Shown here: positions 1 through 13,800 of the stretch, piece after piece | How the letters are laid out: every line of letters starts with the position of its first letter | Position numbering within the stretch: position 1 is the first letter of the stretch | Assembly: GCA_040954595.2 (NCBI GenBank) | Contig: CM082586.2 | Coordinates: 4,223,125 to 4,287,124, forward strand | Direction of reading: 5' to 3' | Length of the DNA stretch: 64,000 bases | Origin: Balanoglossus misakiensis | Taxonomy: Eukaryota; Animalia; Hemichordata | Made by a program: the position numbers and the translations under genes | The notes under the pieces: generated by a model | What the model was told of the DNA's origin: nothing | Databases searched by the model: none | The model's input: the letters and a program-made list of their open reading frames with translations, nothing else

Positions 1-2198
1 TTATTTTATTTTATTTTATTTAATTGGCTGGAAGCTAATCGGTGACGATGGGTAATCAGTCTTTCGATTCCGACAATAATTCTTTCGAGAAGTGTGAATC
101 ACGTGACGTCACCACCCGCGCTCAGCTGCAGGCATGACAAGTTATCTGAATATCATCATTATCAAAATTTCGTCGTAAAAGAGTACAGCGCCGGCCACGC
201 TAAACACGTCACTCGAGTTTTTGTCCAATTCATTGCACTAAAAAACTCCGGTGTAACCGCGGCCGCGATAATCACCGTCCATGTTTGTCGACATCCATGA
301 AAGTGTGACTAACGGTGCTATTACACGGTAATCATAGCGTACCTGCATTTTACGGCGTTATGAAAACACCACAAAGCAGGAAATCAACACTAATTTTGCC
401 CACCGATCATTGCGAAAAATAAATTGAAAAATTTACGAGGGGTCACCCGGGGTCAATGCAGACCGACACGTTATGAAAACGCCTGTCGTTTCTCACAAAC
501 AATCTAAATATATCATAATTTGAACCCTGACCCCGGCAAAGTATCCGGCTCTTAGGCATCGCAAAGGTTAGCATTTTACTCAGATACCGTGTTGCGCACC
601 ACTTTTTTATGGCATCGTTAAAGCCGAGAAAATTAGAGAGAGAAAAAAGCCATCGCGGCTAAATGGAAGTGCAGCGCTTGGTGCGGCTAATGTGAACCTA
701 GCCTAGGTTTACTCGAACGACTTTATGATACTACCGAACGTCGACATGTGGAAAATGTACGGGTTAAAAATAATGGGGGGAAAAGGCTAGGGTAGAAAAA
801 AAAAACTTTCGTCGGTTACAAGATAGGGATGACCTTATAAGGGTAGACTTATTAAGAGCGATTCTGTGTGACATATGACGCCACGAAATGGATGATTTGG
901 GAAACGCAGATTGTTTCGACGACTTTTCTGTAGCAGAAAACATCGGTGCGTTTGTAGAGGATAGATCTTCTATGCAACCTCATTTAGCGGACGATGCGAT
1001 GAAAACCCATTGGTGTCATTTCGCGAGCTTGTCGCGGCCAGTTTTTCAGAAATGGCACGAAGTTGCCTGGGGGCTGGAGTAATGAAATGACGAGTAAACT
1101 AGCAAAGCGACACGATCACACGCTTAGGGTCTTCAATTTGACGCAGATTTTTAACTAGTGCTTTGGAGTATTAATTGCAACTGTCATTAAATGAGACGAG
1201 ATGAGATAGTCTTATTCTCAGGGTTTACAGCCCAAGGCGCTACGCTTTCTGCCAAATGTACTGCGTCTACCAGTCGCGATAAATTTGGTTAATCATAAAG
1301 TATTAGGAGTTGGGAGAATGACACCCAATACGGCTCTAAAATGACATATTTAGAAGCGAAATCAAACGCGAAAGGTGAAACATTTTTAATGAGAATCTCA
1401 AGTTCTATTGGCGACTAAATACTCGTCGCTGAGAGCTTCTCTCTTCGGAGACTAGCGTCTGGTGGACGAGGAAATCACCGGCGTTGAGATGTGTCAAAAT
1501 CAATGCCCTTCTGACAGGCAGACAACGAGAAGGGGGTAAAGCAATCGTTATTTCAAACAGACAGTGACGGGATAAGAACAAAAGACGTAGCCGTTGAGTG
1601 TCTCAACACCGCGGCCTTACTCGGCCCTAAACGACGCATTTCTCGAACGATAGAAACAGATTATGCGATGCGTTTGTCTGAGAATTTGAACATTTAACAA
1701 ACATGAATGGAGGACGCGTTAACGAGTTTTGTCATCATATCGTGTGTCACACACACTTCAAGTTAAGTTTGTGACAAAGGAAATATTATAATAATATAAT
1801 ATCGATTATGAATGGTCCGGTCTATACAACATAGCACTGATAGCGGAAACCTCTTTGTTCTCTAGCACGAAATAAAATCAAATAAAAATATTGAGAAGAA
1901 AAATCTAACGTCTGCACATATTTTTTGCGAAGAGTGGACAAAACCGTTTAATAGTCCACTCACTATCATTGGTTCTTCCGACAGACAAAATGAACCTTTA
2001 AACTGAGAACATCCGATCGTTTGTCAGAGTGTTTAAAATACAGGTAGTCTTCGACACATAATCTTGATCGCGTCCTCTAAATTCAAGGTTGCGTCGATCG
2101 ATCGTTAACGTTATTTTCATACAGACGACGTGATGCGGTTTGCAATAGCGGAGATTTTTTTTCTAAATTGATGGTATTGTCCGATCAGGGTTAGTTCT

Positions 2199-2359
2199 TG
2201 GTGTGGTGTGGTGTGGTGGGGTGTGGTGTGTGTGTGTGTGGGGGGGGGGTATGTATGTATGTATGTATGTATGTATGTATGTATGTATGTATGTATGTAT
2301 GTATGTATGTATGTATGTATGTATGTATGTATGTATGTATGTATGTATGTATGTATGCA

Positions 2360-2390
<31 letters not shown>

Positions 2391-2597
2391 ATGTATGTAT
2401 GTATGTATGTATGTATGTATGTATGTATGTATGTATGTATGTATGTATGTATGTATGTATGTATGTATGTATGTATGTATGTATGTATGTATGTATGTAT
2501 GTATGTATGTATGTATGTATGTATGTATGTATGTATGTATGTATGTATGTATGTATGTATGTATGTATGTATGTATGTACATGTATGTATGTATGTA
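2199..2597. repeat. Compound microsatellite: short (GTGTG)n/(GT)n/poly-G followed by ~350 bp (TATG)n
   Basis: Directly visible; explains the MYVC/YIHT ORFs. Confidence 0.98.
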
Positions 2598-4351
2598 TAT
2601 CTTGTATTGTCCCTTCGCGTTTACCCTGAATCGACTAACAACTACAGCGTGTCCTTAAAACCTATAAGCTTTGTCACCATCAAAAAAAAACTTCTGAAAG
2701 CCAAATGTTCGCACCGGTTCAAATTGAAATTAAAACTCAGGCCTACAGCATGCAACAAATATGAGTTATGGTGGGTCCACAGAGATTTGTCCTCAAATTT
2801 TAAGCGTTCCGCTACAAAATAAAGAAATATGATTATGAGATGAACAAGGCGCGATATCATAATACCCATCCCCCCTGGGAAAATAACTCATTTCAACAAA
2901 AATTAGCGCCAATAATTTACAACTGTAAGGTCCGATATGTTATTATTAGTCCCTAGTTATACCTCCCATCTTAATCGATAATTTTTCAACTCCCCATTCC
3001 AAGGAATTTCTTTGACTGAAATGGCAGTGAGTAATACATATCCTTCCATCTAGTGTTACCAGTGCATTTATTTCAATTATGAGTGTGTCATATTTTGCCC
3101 GCACATCAATACTACGACCTGACCTCGTCATTCATATACATGTACATTGTACGCCTATATCTTTGTTCGCCTAACCATCTCACGCATGCGCTGCCTCTAC
3201 ATAGGTGCGCAGAAATGTACACTCAGCCGAGCGCGGGTCGATCGGTCTAACAGGGCGTCGGAACGCGGACGCGCGCGTCTTTCTTGATGTCGTGGCCACT
3301 TTCTTCTCCGCCGATTAATCGCCGGTTATTAATTTATTTCTTACACGAGGCAAAAGCATTTTGCACGGGTCAGTGAGAATTAAGGCGAGAGTTATGCGTG
3401 TGAGCAGTTCACCGTAATAAAAGGCGGACTCCCTCGTGTTATTCACTAACAACGCAATAAATCTTCCAACATTCTAACATGTCTGCTGAGAATAGTAAAG
3501 CAACTGGAAACGGTTACACCTTGCGAAAATGACTTGCTCCCGCCAATAAAAATTGACGGCCAGGCATTGAGAACAATAACGAGGAAGAGAGCTCATTTTG
3601 GTGACTGTTAAGTAGTGGTCTCCGATGAGTGATAAAATATACTTTGATACTTTAAACTATCAATAGATGAATTAAACCATAGTGGTCAATCAGGAGCCTG
3701 ATACACCAAGGAAATGTTATAACTATCGTTATCGCTCGGGAAAGTGTCAGTTCCGGCCCGCCTATCGATATCGTCGACACAATGTTCACCGGCTGCTTGG
3801 CTCACCTTCGTGGCTAAGCGCCTCAGCAAGTCCCCCGAAGGTGGACTGGCTAAACGACCCTTTAGTTTCGTTGACAACATTTGTCTGGATGTGAGAAGGA
3901 ATTTGCCCAGCCCCGCGCCATTGTCCGGCGCGTTTTGTTGAAACCCGGGCAGTAACTATAGGACGAGTATTCAACCCATTGTAACAGACACCCTAAAATT
4001 CTTATTTTGATTAGATCATTTCACTCACATTTATTTAATTTCGGGGGGAGGGGTGTACAAGTTCTTCAAATCCAGACGAAAATATTTATAGTGGTGTTTT
4101 GAGGTGTTTTCTACGAGCTGATAAGTTGCGACAGACCTGTCTAACTTTCATCATCGCAGTTTTTCTGTCCGCTGCAAATCACCGAAGTCAAATCTCACGG
4201 TTATAAAAGTCCTGGAAACAAAAAAACATCTCTTTAACGAGAAGAGACTTCAGAGCACATTCGTAAAACAATTGGGCTGTCTGATTGAAAGATGCAGTCG
4301 CTTAAACGCGCCTCGTATCTCACGCGCAATAATTCCACGATAGCCACCGTA

Positions 4352-4364
4352 GCGCCCTCTAGGG
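4352..4364 (-). promoter_or_regulatory. CTCF-like motif (CCCTAGAGGGCGC on minus strand)
   Basis: Motif match only. Confidence 0.4.
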
Positions 4365-7300
4365 AGAAGAAAATTTCCCCACGATTTACGAGTTTTAATA
4401 TTTAGTACAACTTTCTTCGCCTGGGCAATATCGCTAATTCTAACGTCTCCTTGGCAAATAACGGCGTTTCTTAATGGTTGGCTCTCTGCGAGAATTATGA
4501 CTCGGTGAGTACCGCACCGGCGTTTCCTGACTGTAGGCGAGGAAATCGGTACCCCCTAGGTCACAATCAAATGCGCTGTGATTCTACTGGGAGCTATTGG
4601 CTACAGGAACATGTTACTTCTCATTACCAAAGGCAGCAATAAAATATGCCAGTTCCATACTTAAAAATATCATAAACACTTATGATGAATGTTTATGTCT
4701 TTAACATTTCCATACGTGATTTTAATGTTACATCGACAGAAAGCCCAGTGTCAAAGATGACGTCACTGCATGGGACATAATCATACATTTTTTTCCAGTT
4801 AGCAGCGTTTTCAAAGGTTCGATGTCTTATGATCACATGTTGATATTATGATGCTGTTAAATTGTTCTTAGTGGAACGGTAGTTGTAACTTTTATTTTCG
4901 TTAGTTCCGAGTGCCCACTACAGTTTCAAATTCTACTCCTTCGATAAATATTAAACTGTCAAATAATAAGCTTGTCACCCAGCTTCTATTTTCACATTTT
5001 GCATGATTAATATAGACAGACGATTTCAAGTCCGGAATACAGAATTCAACTTTCAACAATAACGGAGAAGTCACACATGGATTAACAGTACATGTATGTA
5101 CCGACAAGTGGAATTCTGCTTATGACAAGGAAGGGGCAGTTAATGTACAAAACAAATACGGAAAAATATCAAAATTGTTGCTTTTCCTTTGAAGTTACCA
5201 GGGAGAAAAGACATTCTTGATTGCAATTAATTATCGCGTGATCAAATCATGGTATCGAACTCTTATTCAACCCTTGATATCTCCATTCCTCTCTTACATT
5301 TTAGCTCTTAGTCCGATTGTCTCCGTCTCTTTCTTACACGTATTATCCCGTCTCCAACGCTTTTCGTCAGAGGTAAAACCCAACATCTTTTATACGTTTG
5401 AACGGCGATCTCTTTCAAATAATTTCAACATACAAAACCAAATTAAGATTATAAGCATCATTTTAGTATTGTTAGCTTGTTTGTGTTTTGTGGGTTTATT
5501 TTGGAAGTACGGGTCGTCTGGTCGACTAAGAAGAATAAGCAGGTTTTCACAATGGAGCAATTTCCCGGTCATGAAAACAGTTAGATTCGAAATCCACGCT
5601 ATCCTTCTACAGCCCAATATCGCAGCAGCATCACACTTCTAATTAGACGTTGTCAAAATTACTATTAAACGAACCAACATGACCCCAGATTAAATGAAGC
5701 ATTTCTGCGCTAGGTTAAATGAGGCTGAATACACAACTTACGATGTTTCGCGATGCATATACAGTATATACTATATTAGTATTTCATGTCGAAACGCTCG
5801 CCGTCCAGAAAAAAAACCATCCACGCAGGCACGTATCAATACAAAGATAACAAAATCATAGAATTTCTTCTGCTGTTATACATTTTCGGGGAAAGTCACT
5901 GCAACACAGATTTGATTATCTTACCTGAAAGGATAATACAATGGTTTGATCCAGGCTGCATGATGAACAGATAACTGTGGTGTGTATTGATGATGGAACG
6001 GAAACGCGGAGGGGAATTCAAGAAAACCATAGTGACCATACATGATTCGATTAGCTTTCTCTAAACTTCTCGGGCCTAAGAATGCAGTCTCTCGTCCGCA
6101 GAAGTCAAATGCGGGGATCAAAATCTAACAAATGATTTATATAATATCTGATAAAACATAACCATAGAACACGGGAAATATATGCACATATATTAATGAC
6201 GTGAAATAATCGACGCGAATTCTGGCCAATTGCGTTAACTCGTTACTTTTCTTTCCTTCATCGGTTAAACACAAGTGGCACTAAGTGCCCACAACTCCTG
6301 CTCTCGTCAGAATGCACTTATTGTTGCAGTGCGCGTGCTCGCTAAATTTTAAGGCGATAAAACAACCGCGTGCTGTCTAGACTTGTTGCCTTGGTGACTG
6401 GCGACCCGGCGAGACATGTGCAAAACGAGCGATTCCCCGTTCAAATTTCAATTTCGCTTCCCACACGACAGTTTGGGTACATGGTATACACCCCACCACT
6501 AATATCCATAGCCAACACCCAACGTCTCCTAACCTAAGTTTTCAAATTGGAGATGTTTCATTCACTTGTCTTGGTGTTTATTGCTGAAAGGAAACACCTA
6601 CAGTATATTGCGTGTGTTCTTTATGTATAGTTGCATACCTGTCATTATTACATCACACTGACTTATTACATCACACTAACAAATTAACTCACTGAATATT
6701 CAAGAAAATTATCCGCACAACATGCAAGGGTATAGGGCTGACTCAGAGATTTTTTTTAGCAATCCTCAAATTGTCTCAAAGCTTTTTAAAATGCGGGTTG
6801 ACGTAAAACAACGGGACATTCAGCATATTTCAGTGAGCAACATAAGTAGCCAACCCAAAAAAATAAACCAATAATGTCAAAGGTTAACAACCTTGCCCCT
6901 TTACTCCGACAACAAAATCCTTCAAACCGTTTCAACCAATTAAACTTTTGAACGGAAACAGAGACCTTGCATTATGGTACTTCTGTCCTTCATATCTGAT
7001 CCGTTGTGTTCTTACACACAAATCATATTGAGTGACATTTGACCTTTTTTGCGTTCAAATAACACGCCCCAAAGAAACACATTGACAGAGATGATCTGAA
7101 ATTTAACCCAAAGCGTTTAAAGATGGACTAAAAATGTTTGCACATATTGACGTTATGTCTGGCAGATGTTCAGGATGACAGTGATGACAGACAAAGTGGT
7201 CATTTCGATATAATATCTGGATGCTACAACCACTCAATAATAATTTCAGTTTGCAATCTGCCACCATCCTTCACATCATTTCCGGTCTGTTTACAATGGC

Positions 7301-7645
7301 TGCGTCCCTGGCGATTATTGGCGTACCATCCTTTAACGCACACGAGGTCAGTGACCTAACAGGTTGTCTCTCCCCCCCCCCCGTGAGTAACACAATCACT
7401 CGTGAAACAAAGGACATAGATATATGCGTGTAGGCTTTGACGTTGTGATCAGTTTTGATATCAAAGTAAATTACCACGAATTCCCAGGTACGAATCTGAC
7501 CAGAATGAAAATAGAAGTTTTAGCACGCTGTGGGCTTTATACTCGTACCGTCTGTGGTTTTGCAAAAATACTTGGGTTTAAAGACCGCCTGGCATTTCCT
7601 GTTTTAAATCCACTTGTCTGACAACAATGCACGAGGCAAAAAAAA

Positions 7646-7897
7646 TCCACAGAGCGTGGAACACGTGTGACCGTCTGGGACGCTGGCACCAGACCGGTTG
7701 AAATATTTGATGGAAACGCCGGGCAAAGGTTTCGATCGACAGGGGAAGGAGAACCCTGGTTCCCGTGTTGCAGGGTTCTATTCCGCTGGCAACCTTGTCT
7801 GGGTCACGGTCAGGGTCGGTGAAACGTTGCCCTGGATGCGTGGTGCATCCGGTGCCCGTGAAGGCTGACGGTGTGCGAAATCAACAGCGGTGGGAAT
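7646..7897 (+). other. GC-rich multi-hairpin element (structured RNA candidate or retroelement 5' UTR remnant)
   Basis: Stems: 7646-50/7656-60, 7673-78/7689-94, 7713-17/7729-33, 7750-58/7771-79 (9 bp perfect), and 7783-88/7885-90 enclosing 7789-93/7826-30 and 7832-39/7845-52. Confidence 0.45.
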
Positions 7898-10800
7898 TAT
7901 ATGAATTTATTTAAAAATGCCATTATTGGCCCGGCGTCTGCATTGAAGACCCCGGTATTACAAGCGATCGACGCGTTGGTATAGTTGTTGAAAAAAGAAT
8001 ACCGACGACTGATCTGATGCAATTGTGTGCGGCAAACTCTGTCAGCTTCGTTCAATTGTCTTTTAAATTTGATAATAATAATAATAATCTAACTCATGAA
8101 AGTACTGAGCAACCAACTTGCGAGATGGTCGCGTGCTTAACGCGATCATAAATACTTTATATAAATGTGTGAAGTTCCGGGAAAACAATACGCATTTTAC
8201 ACCTAGTTTTAACTTGGAATTTCCATACGGATATTCCGTTTCCTGTCTTACTTTACATACAGTAAAGCGAGTTAATGGCAAACATCAACTACGATAACCT
8301 TTGCATTGCTAACATCATTGACTGAACACACTCCTTTGACCAGTGCAGTCATTGAAGTTATTTTTAAATCGCTCATTTAGGCATTCTTTTCTTCTGTTGA
8401 TGGGAATGTTATTGTTTACACGGCTACACATAGCCCCTGTATTCATCCGTCATCGCGTCAACTTGTGTGTCCTACACCGAGGTATCGAATTTACAGTAAA
8501 TCCGGACAGCCGCGTATCCAGCGTCTATATAAATTATAATTTATGCCGACTTTTGCCAGTGAGGTTGGGTGTGTGTGTGTGGTGAACCTTGCTGTATACC
8601 GTGACATTCGAACTCTCACATTTCTTTCTGGCAGACTCAGAAAGTGGAAATTCACTGAGAAAGGCTGCATTCCAAGACAAAGAGCTTGTACTTGCAAGCT
8701 GCCTCCGTTACGATGGCTGGTTTTTGTTTCTGTTTAAGAAAAATGGCTTCTAATGAAGTTACCGGAAACTGTAAATCGAAGTGGTAAAATAAAAGTCGGG
8801 GTGGTTTTCTGATATGTTCATATTAGTTTACGGTCTCAAGTTTTCCGAGCCGATCTTGAATTTGATTTCGTTCACTTCTCACGAGGATCGACAACGTACT
8901 AAACTGCAGCCTGTTGGTAAAATGTTCGTCTGAATTTTTTCGCACATTTCCGGTATTTACGCGTGTGGTAAATGTTTTCCATTGTTTAAAATTATCGCTT
9001 CCCAGTATACCTGGAGCAGTAATTCAAATCAGTTAATCACTTCTCGCTACAAATATAATATGTCTAGGCAGAAATGTATTTAAATCATCCAATATTTTAT
9101 TGAAAGAGCTAAGGGGCATGGTTACAGCTGACCGCGGTCCCCTGAAAGTTAATCTGGGTGGAGTTCTGTGAAGTTGACCTCTGCTAACGCCTTATCCAGC
9201 AATCACTTTATTGTTTCTGGGCATCGGTAAATCTTTCCCCGGGGGCACTTTTAATCACGTACACACTTGCCGGGCTGCAGAGTATGTTCATGTGACATTT
9301 TTTGTCCTCGATTCTTTGTTTTTCTTCTGACTTATCCCAATCAGTTGCACGAGATCAAGACAATCTGTGTAAGCCAACAATGCATAACAATGCTGCGTGG
9401 CGTGGAAGTATGAAATGACCTTTGACATAGAAGAGGCATGAGACTATGTATAGCATACGACCGGCCCTTTCGCTAGACAATTTCATCCTACCTTAGAAAT
9501 AAAAGGGGCCTTTTGTCTTCATTAGCAAAACGAGTGCAAAATTGTCTCGTCTCCGTTCGCTCTGGCAGACGACGTTTTGGTCGAAATCTGCAGCATCGAA
9601 AAGATGGCGATCGGAAGGGGTATATTGGCCTATCACTAAAAGACACAGGGCAGTTTCGCTCTGTTGTCTAATGATAGATATCACGGCCGTGCGGACACGG
9701 ATTGCTAAACGTGCATTTCAAAGGTCGGTCACCAAACCCCAGCAAAGCATGCAAAGAGAGTTCAACTAACCCAAAAAGTAAATATAAACGAGCCCAAATT
9801 GACAATATGCCAAGCGCGTTGCGACATCGCGACACCAAGCGTGAATCAACAAAAAAAAATCCAATCACGTGCCTATGTGACATCCTTTCTCGATCGGACA
9901 CAACAACTGCAGGGAAAATATACGGGTACACTGCTGACGCATGTACGAACGCAGACCATGATTCATGCATATAAAACGACGCCGCTGACGGGAACACCCA
10001 AATCGCGCGTCCGTTGTTGACACGCAACATGTCTACCAGGAATTCCAGCGAAGCCCTGCAAAAGCCGAGCGAGGCTAGGGCTTCCTGGCCGAAAAGGATG
10101 TTGTTACGGTGGGCGCACAATTTAATGGCTGCGCTGCGGGAACCAATTTGCACCAATCTGTTGACACAGTTGCTTGCTAACACAATACCCCAACCAAACC
10201 AGTCCCCCCCCCCCCCTTATCTCTAGTGCGCACATGACCGGCGCTTGTTACAACGTCAACGGATTTCACGCATCCTACCCATGACCAGACAGGTCTACCT
10301 TATGGTGAAGCAAAGTTCCCCATGTGCAAATAAGCCTAATCCTAGCAAGTTTTACAATAACGAAAAACTATCCATCGTCAATGTCGATTTCTATCCGTGT
10401 ATTGCAGCGTCGCAACCCAGATAGTTCAAATTTATTTGGACCCTCGCCAACTTAGCAATGCACACTTCACCAATTGTCATGGTTCAATACAATGTTTCCT
10501 GTGGAGACAATTGGCGCACAGCGTATTGTACTTCGGAGAATGACAATAAGGTGGTCGATGCGACAAGTTAGTCAAAATAAGGGCTAAATTTAGCAAACTG
10601 CGATCAACATAACACGGACGCCTCCGGCCTCGACTATTTCGCTGCTAAAATTGGTCCTTGAGTTTGAAATTTCCAATGCTCCGGCGATGTTTATTTTTAA
10701 ACACCAAGGACACTGCACTTTGTTTATCGGGTTCTATTGTCTGACTGCTGAGTTTCCTAATTCCCCACCGATGACTAATCGAACCTGTGTCGCACAAACC

Positions 10801-13800
10801 GACGCAGCGGGGCCATTTTTTCCACTGTTGCATGAAATGGTAAGGTCGCGTCGTTTGCCGACGAACAGCTGTTGTTGTGTGTGCGATAGATCGCCGGTCG
10901 GCCTGTGTGTGTGCGTTGCTTTTTGTGTGTGACCGGCGCGGCCGTACGTCACATCCACGCACTTGCATATATTACCGTCCGATTTCACCCCTTCACTGTC
11001 GTTAGCTGGGCGCACTCAATACAAACAATCGACCATGCAACCACGCAATCACTCCCACACAGTCAAGTTTTCCCTGGCTCGAGATTATAACCCACTTTTA
11101 AATGCTACGGAGCTCCAGACGCTATGGGGAAACAGCACATATACGCGTTATGGTGACTATTAAAACGTGCACACATTCCCTACAACACTAAATTTAGCGT
11201 ATGACTTCATACCATACGAAGTTGCACTGGAAGTCGACGCCCGCGCCCGGTGGTTGACTGGTCGGGTCATGCGACGCTAGGTCCACGGACACGCTGTTGT
11301 CTTTGATTTTCAGACATGCATACGGTACATGATCAATGGTGTATGTTTTGGTCATGAGGCCGGCACAGCTAACAATAGCGCTGTTTGCAGTCGCCGTGGC
11401 CACATTTTGCAAGGTCGACAGCGTTCTAGCCGCTCGCTGACACATATGCACATGGGGTGGCGAATATACAACGCACAACAAACAACGCCATGCACTCCAG
11501 TCATTTTAAAGCATGCATCCTGCTATTGTGCCGGTATTAGCAAACAAATGCGTCTACCTACCGAGCGAGATCGTCCTGTGTTTTCGCCTTCCTGCACGTT
11601 GCATGCATACGATTTACACGAGTCTTGCAAATGATCAGCCCTGTAATGGGGCGGGCAGGCTCTGGTCGGCTCCGCAGCTGTATCGGTGTTTAGTGTTATA
11701 CGTTGCACTGGGCTGGTTACGTGCGGTCTGTTCCTACTGAGCGGTCACTGTTCGATACACTAAGGACCCTCGAAGGGCCTGGATTCCAAACGGCGCGAAA
11801 TGCGTCATCCGAATACTTCCGCCTAAGCTGCTACCCACAGCGTGTATGCTACAAGGTCCCACAGCGCCCAAGCGCATACAAGCACATTGTGTGCAGACAA
11901 TGGGAGGCCCCTTAACCTATTGTTGCTTTGTGAGCGACCACACTACCAGTGCGCCCAGCCATTGTGTGAAATGCTGGCGTGTAATATTCATGAGGTCAGA
12001 GGGCGCTGTCTTTATGCGAGGGTCTGCCAGACTGTAGCCATGGCAACGATCACGCTGCCGATCCAGGGTCTGGCTGGGCTACGAAGACTCGACTGGGCTT
12101 CAGATACGCGTGACGTTAAGAATAAGACCTTCCCGAGTAAACATGAGTATATTAGAGTTGGGAAACGAATGTGTTTGCAATGCCCTAGCTTTACAAGGCA
12201 TAAAATACCGGTTAAGTCAAAATGTTTACGTTTCTCGGTGCAATGACTATGTGAGTGCCCTATGAAGTTTAATGGCATCCTCAACATTAAAATACCGTCT
12301 TCGTGGATAAAAAGAACTCACCGAGCCCCATTTTACGCTGTCAATCAAATTCTTGTCATGCCTACAGAATTAAAAATCACTTGATAAAATTTAAGGTTTT
12401 TATTGATGACGTCGCTCATTTCCGACTGGTGTTGACTCGATCGGAGACCATAACTGGCGTCTTCGGTCTGTTTCTTGCAGGCAAGAATAATGTTGTATAC
12501 GTTCTCTTTTTTATGTTGTGTACGCCAAATGTGCTAAGCGGAGGCAAAACTTCCGTTTACAAACAAACCATGGACGTGTCCGGACACGAAGAGATTCTCA
12601 AGTTAGCAGCGACGAATCGGATACGGAACATAATAGAAAATTCCTGGGGCTAATGCCGCGTCCACCTGAAAGTTTGGACCGCGGCCAGGGTGCCGCCACC
12701 AAAACCGGGGACGGCAGATAGCCTTTTTCCCTTCTCCAAAATACAATTTGCACGCTTTTGAACAACAATAGACGTGGACAACTGCATCCAAAGTAATCGC
12801 GTTAACTACTCAATGGGCCGGACACGATTGACGCAATGAGTGACGTCAACGACCATCCGATCGGCAGCTTTTAATAGCTCAATTAGAGAGATTTAGTTTA
12901 TAAAGCCCCGTCCCGATGAAGTGAGAAAGAGTATTGGTTAAGCATATTTGTGCCCGGTGGGCTAGGTTTCGGGTTCCCCAGTCTCACAGCTTATGACCTG
13001 AACAATGTGTCCGCGGCGAAACTGTCATAAGCAACTCACTGCCGCAGACAACTGGTTTTTTTTATCGTCTAGCACATCTAGAAACAAATGAAACGACAGC
13101 CGGTGTGTAGGTCCAACAGTGTGTATCTATATCGCATAATTCCATTTCAAGCCGTGGAGCGACTGCATTTGAAAAAAAAATGGACGACAAGTACAAATCC
13201 GTCGCCATGACTTGGCTATTGCAACCCCGGGCAGCAAAGCCAATCGTACTTGGACCCGTCCAGTTGGTCGAGTCGACGTCTTTCCAAGAATTGCTGTTGC
13301 GTGACTAGGCAACACGTCTATCCGTGCAGTGCACTGGATAACATTTTGAACTTTTGAGCTTTTGTGGCTCTATGGAGACCGAGACTCGACGATGAGAGGG
13401 CAAGATCTCGCTGTCGTTTAGCGTGTTTTATTTATTTGGCCATGACGTGTTCGAACCGTTGCAAGCCGAGTGTTCGCCGACACACTTTCCCGCAGAACCA
13501 GTGCGACGCATTGATGGAAACCAACACTACACCAAAGACCCCGGTAGGCATGATGTGATTTCGCACGTCACTCATGCAATTCCCAGTCTTGTACTATAAA
13601 CCCTGGGTATATCTGCTGGTTGTTCGCCTGTTCTGTGGGAGTTGACTGCTGCGCGTCATCACTTATGACGTAAAGTGACGCACGCGCATACGGTAATCAA
13701 ATGGTACGCGCACGGCACTGCGTCTACGCGCTGCTATCCCCCATTTCAACGCCACAACTTCCCGTGCCTATAATCCATTGTTGCTTGCCCACTCCTTTTG

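Noticed and set aside
2163-2822. ORFs of MYVC/YIHT repeats
   Set aside because: Translation of the (TATG)n microsatellite.
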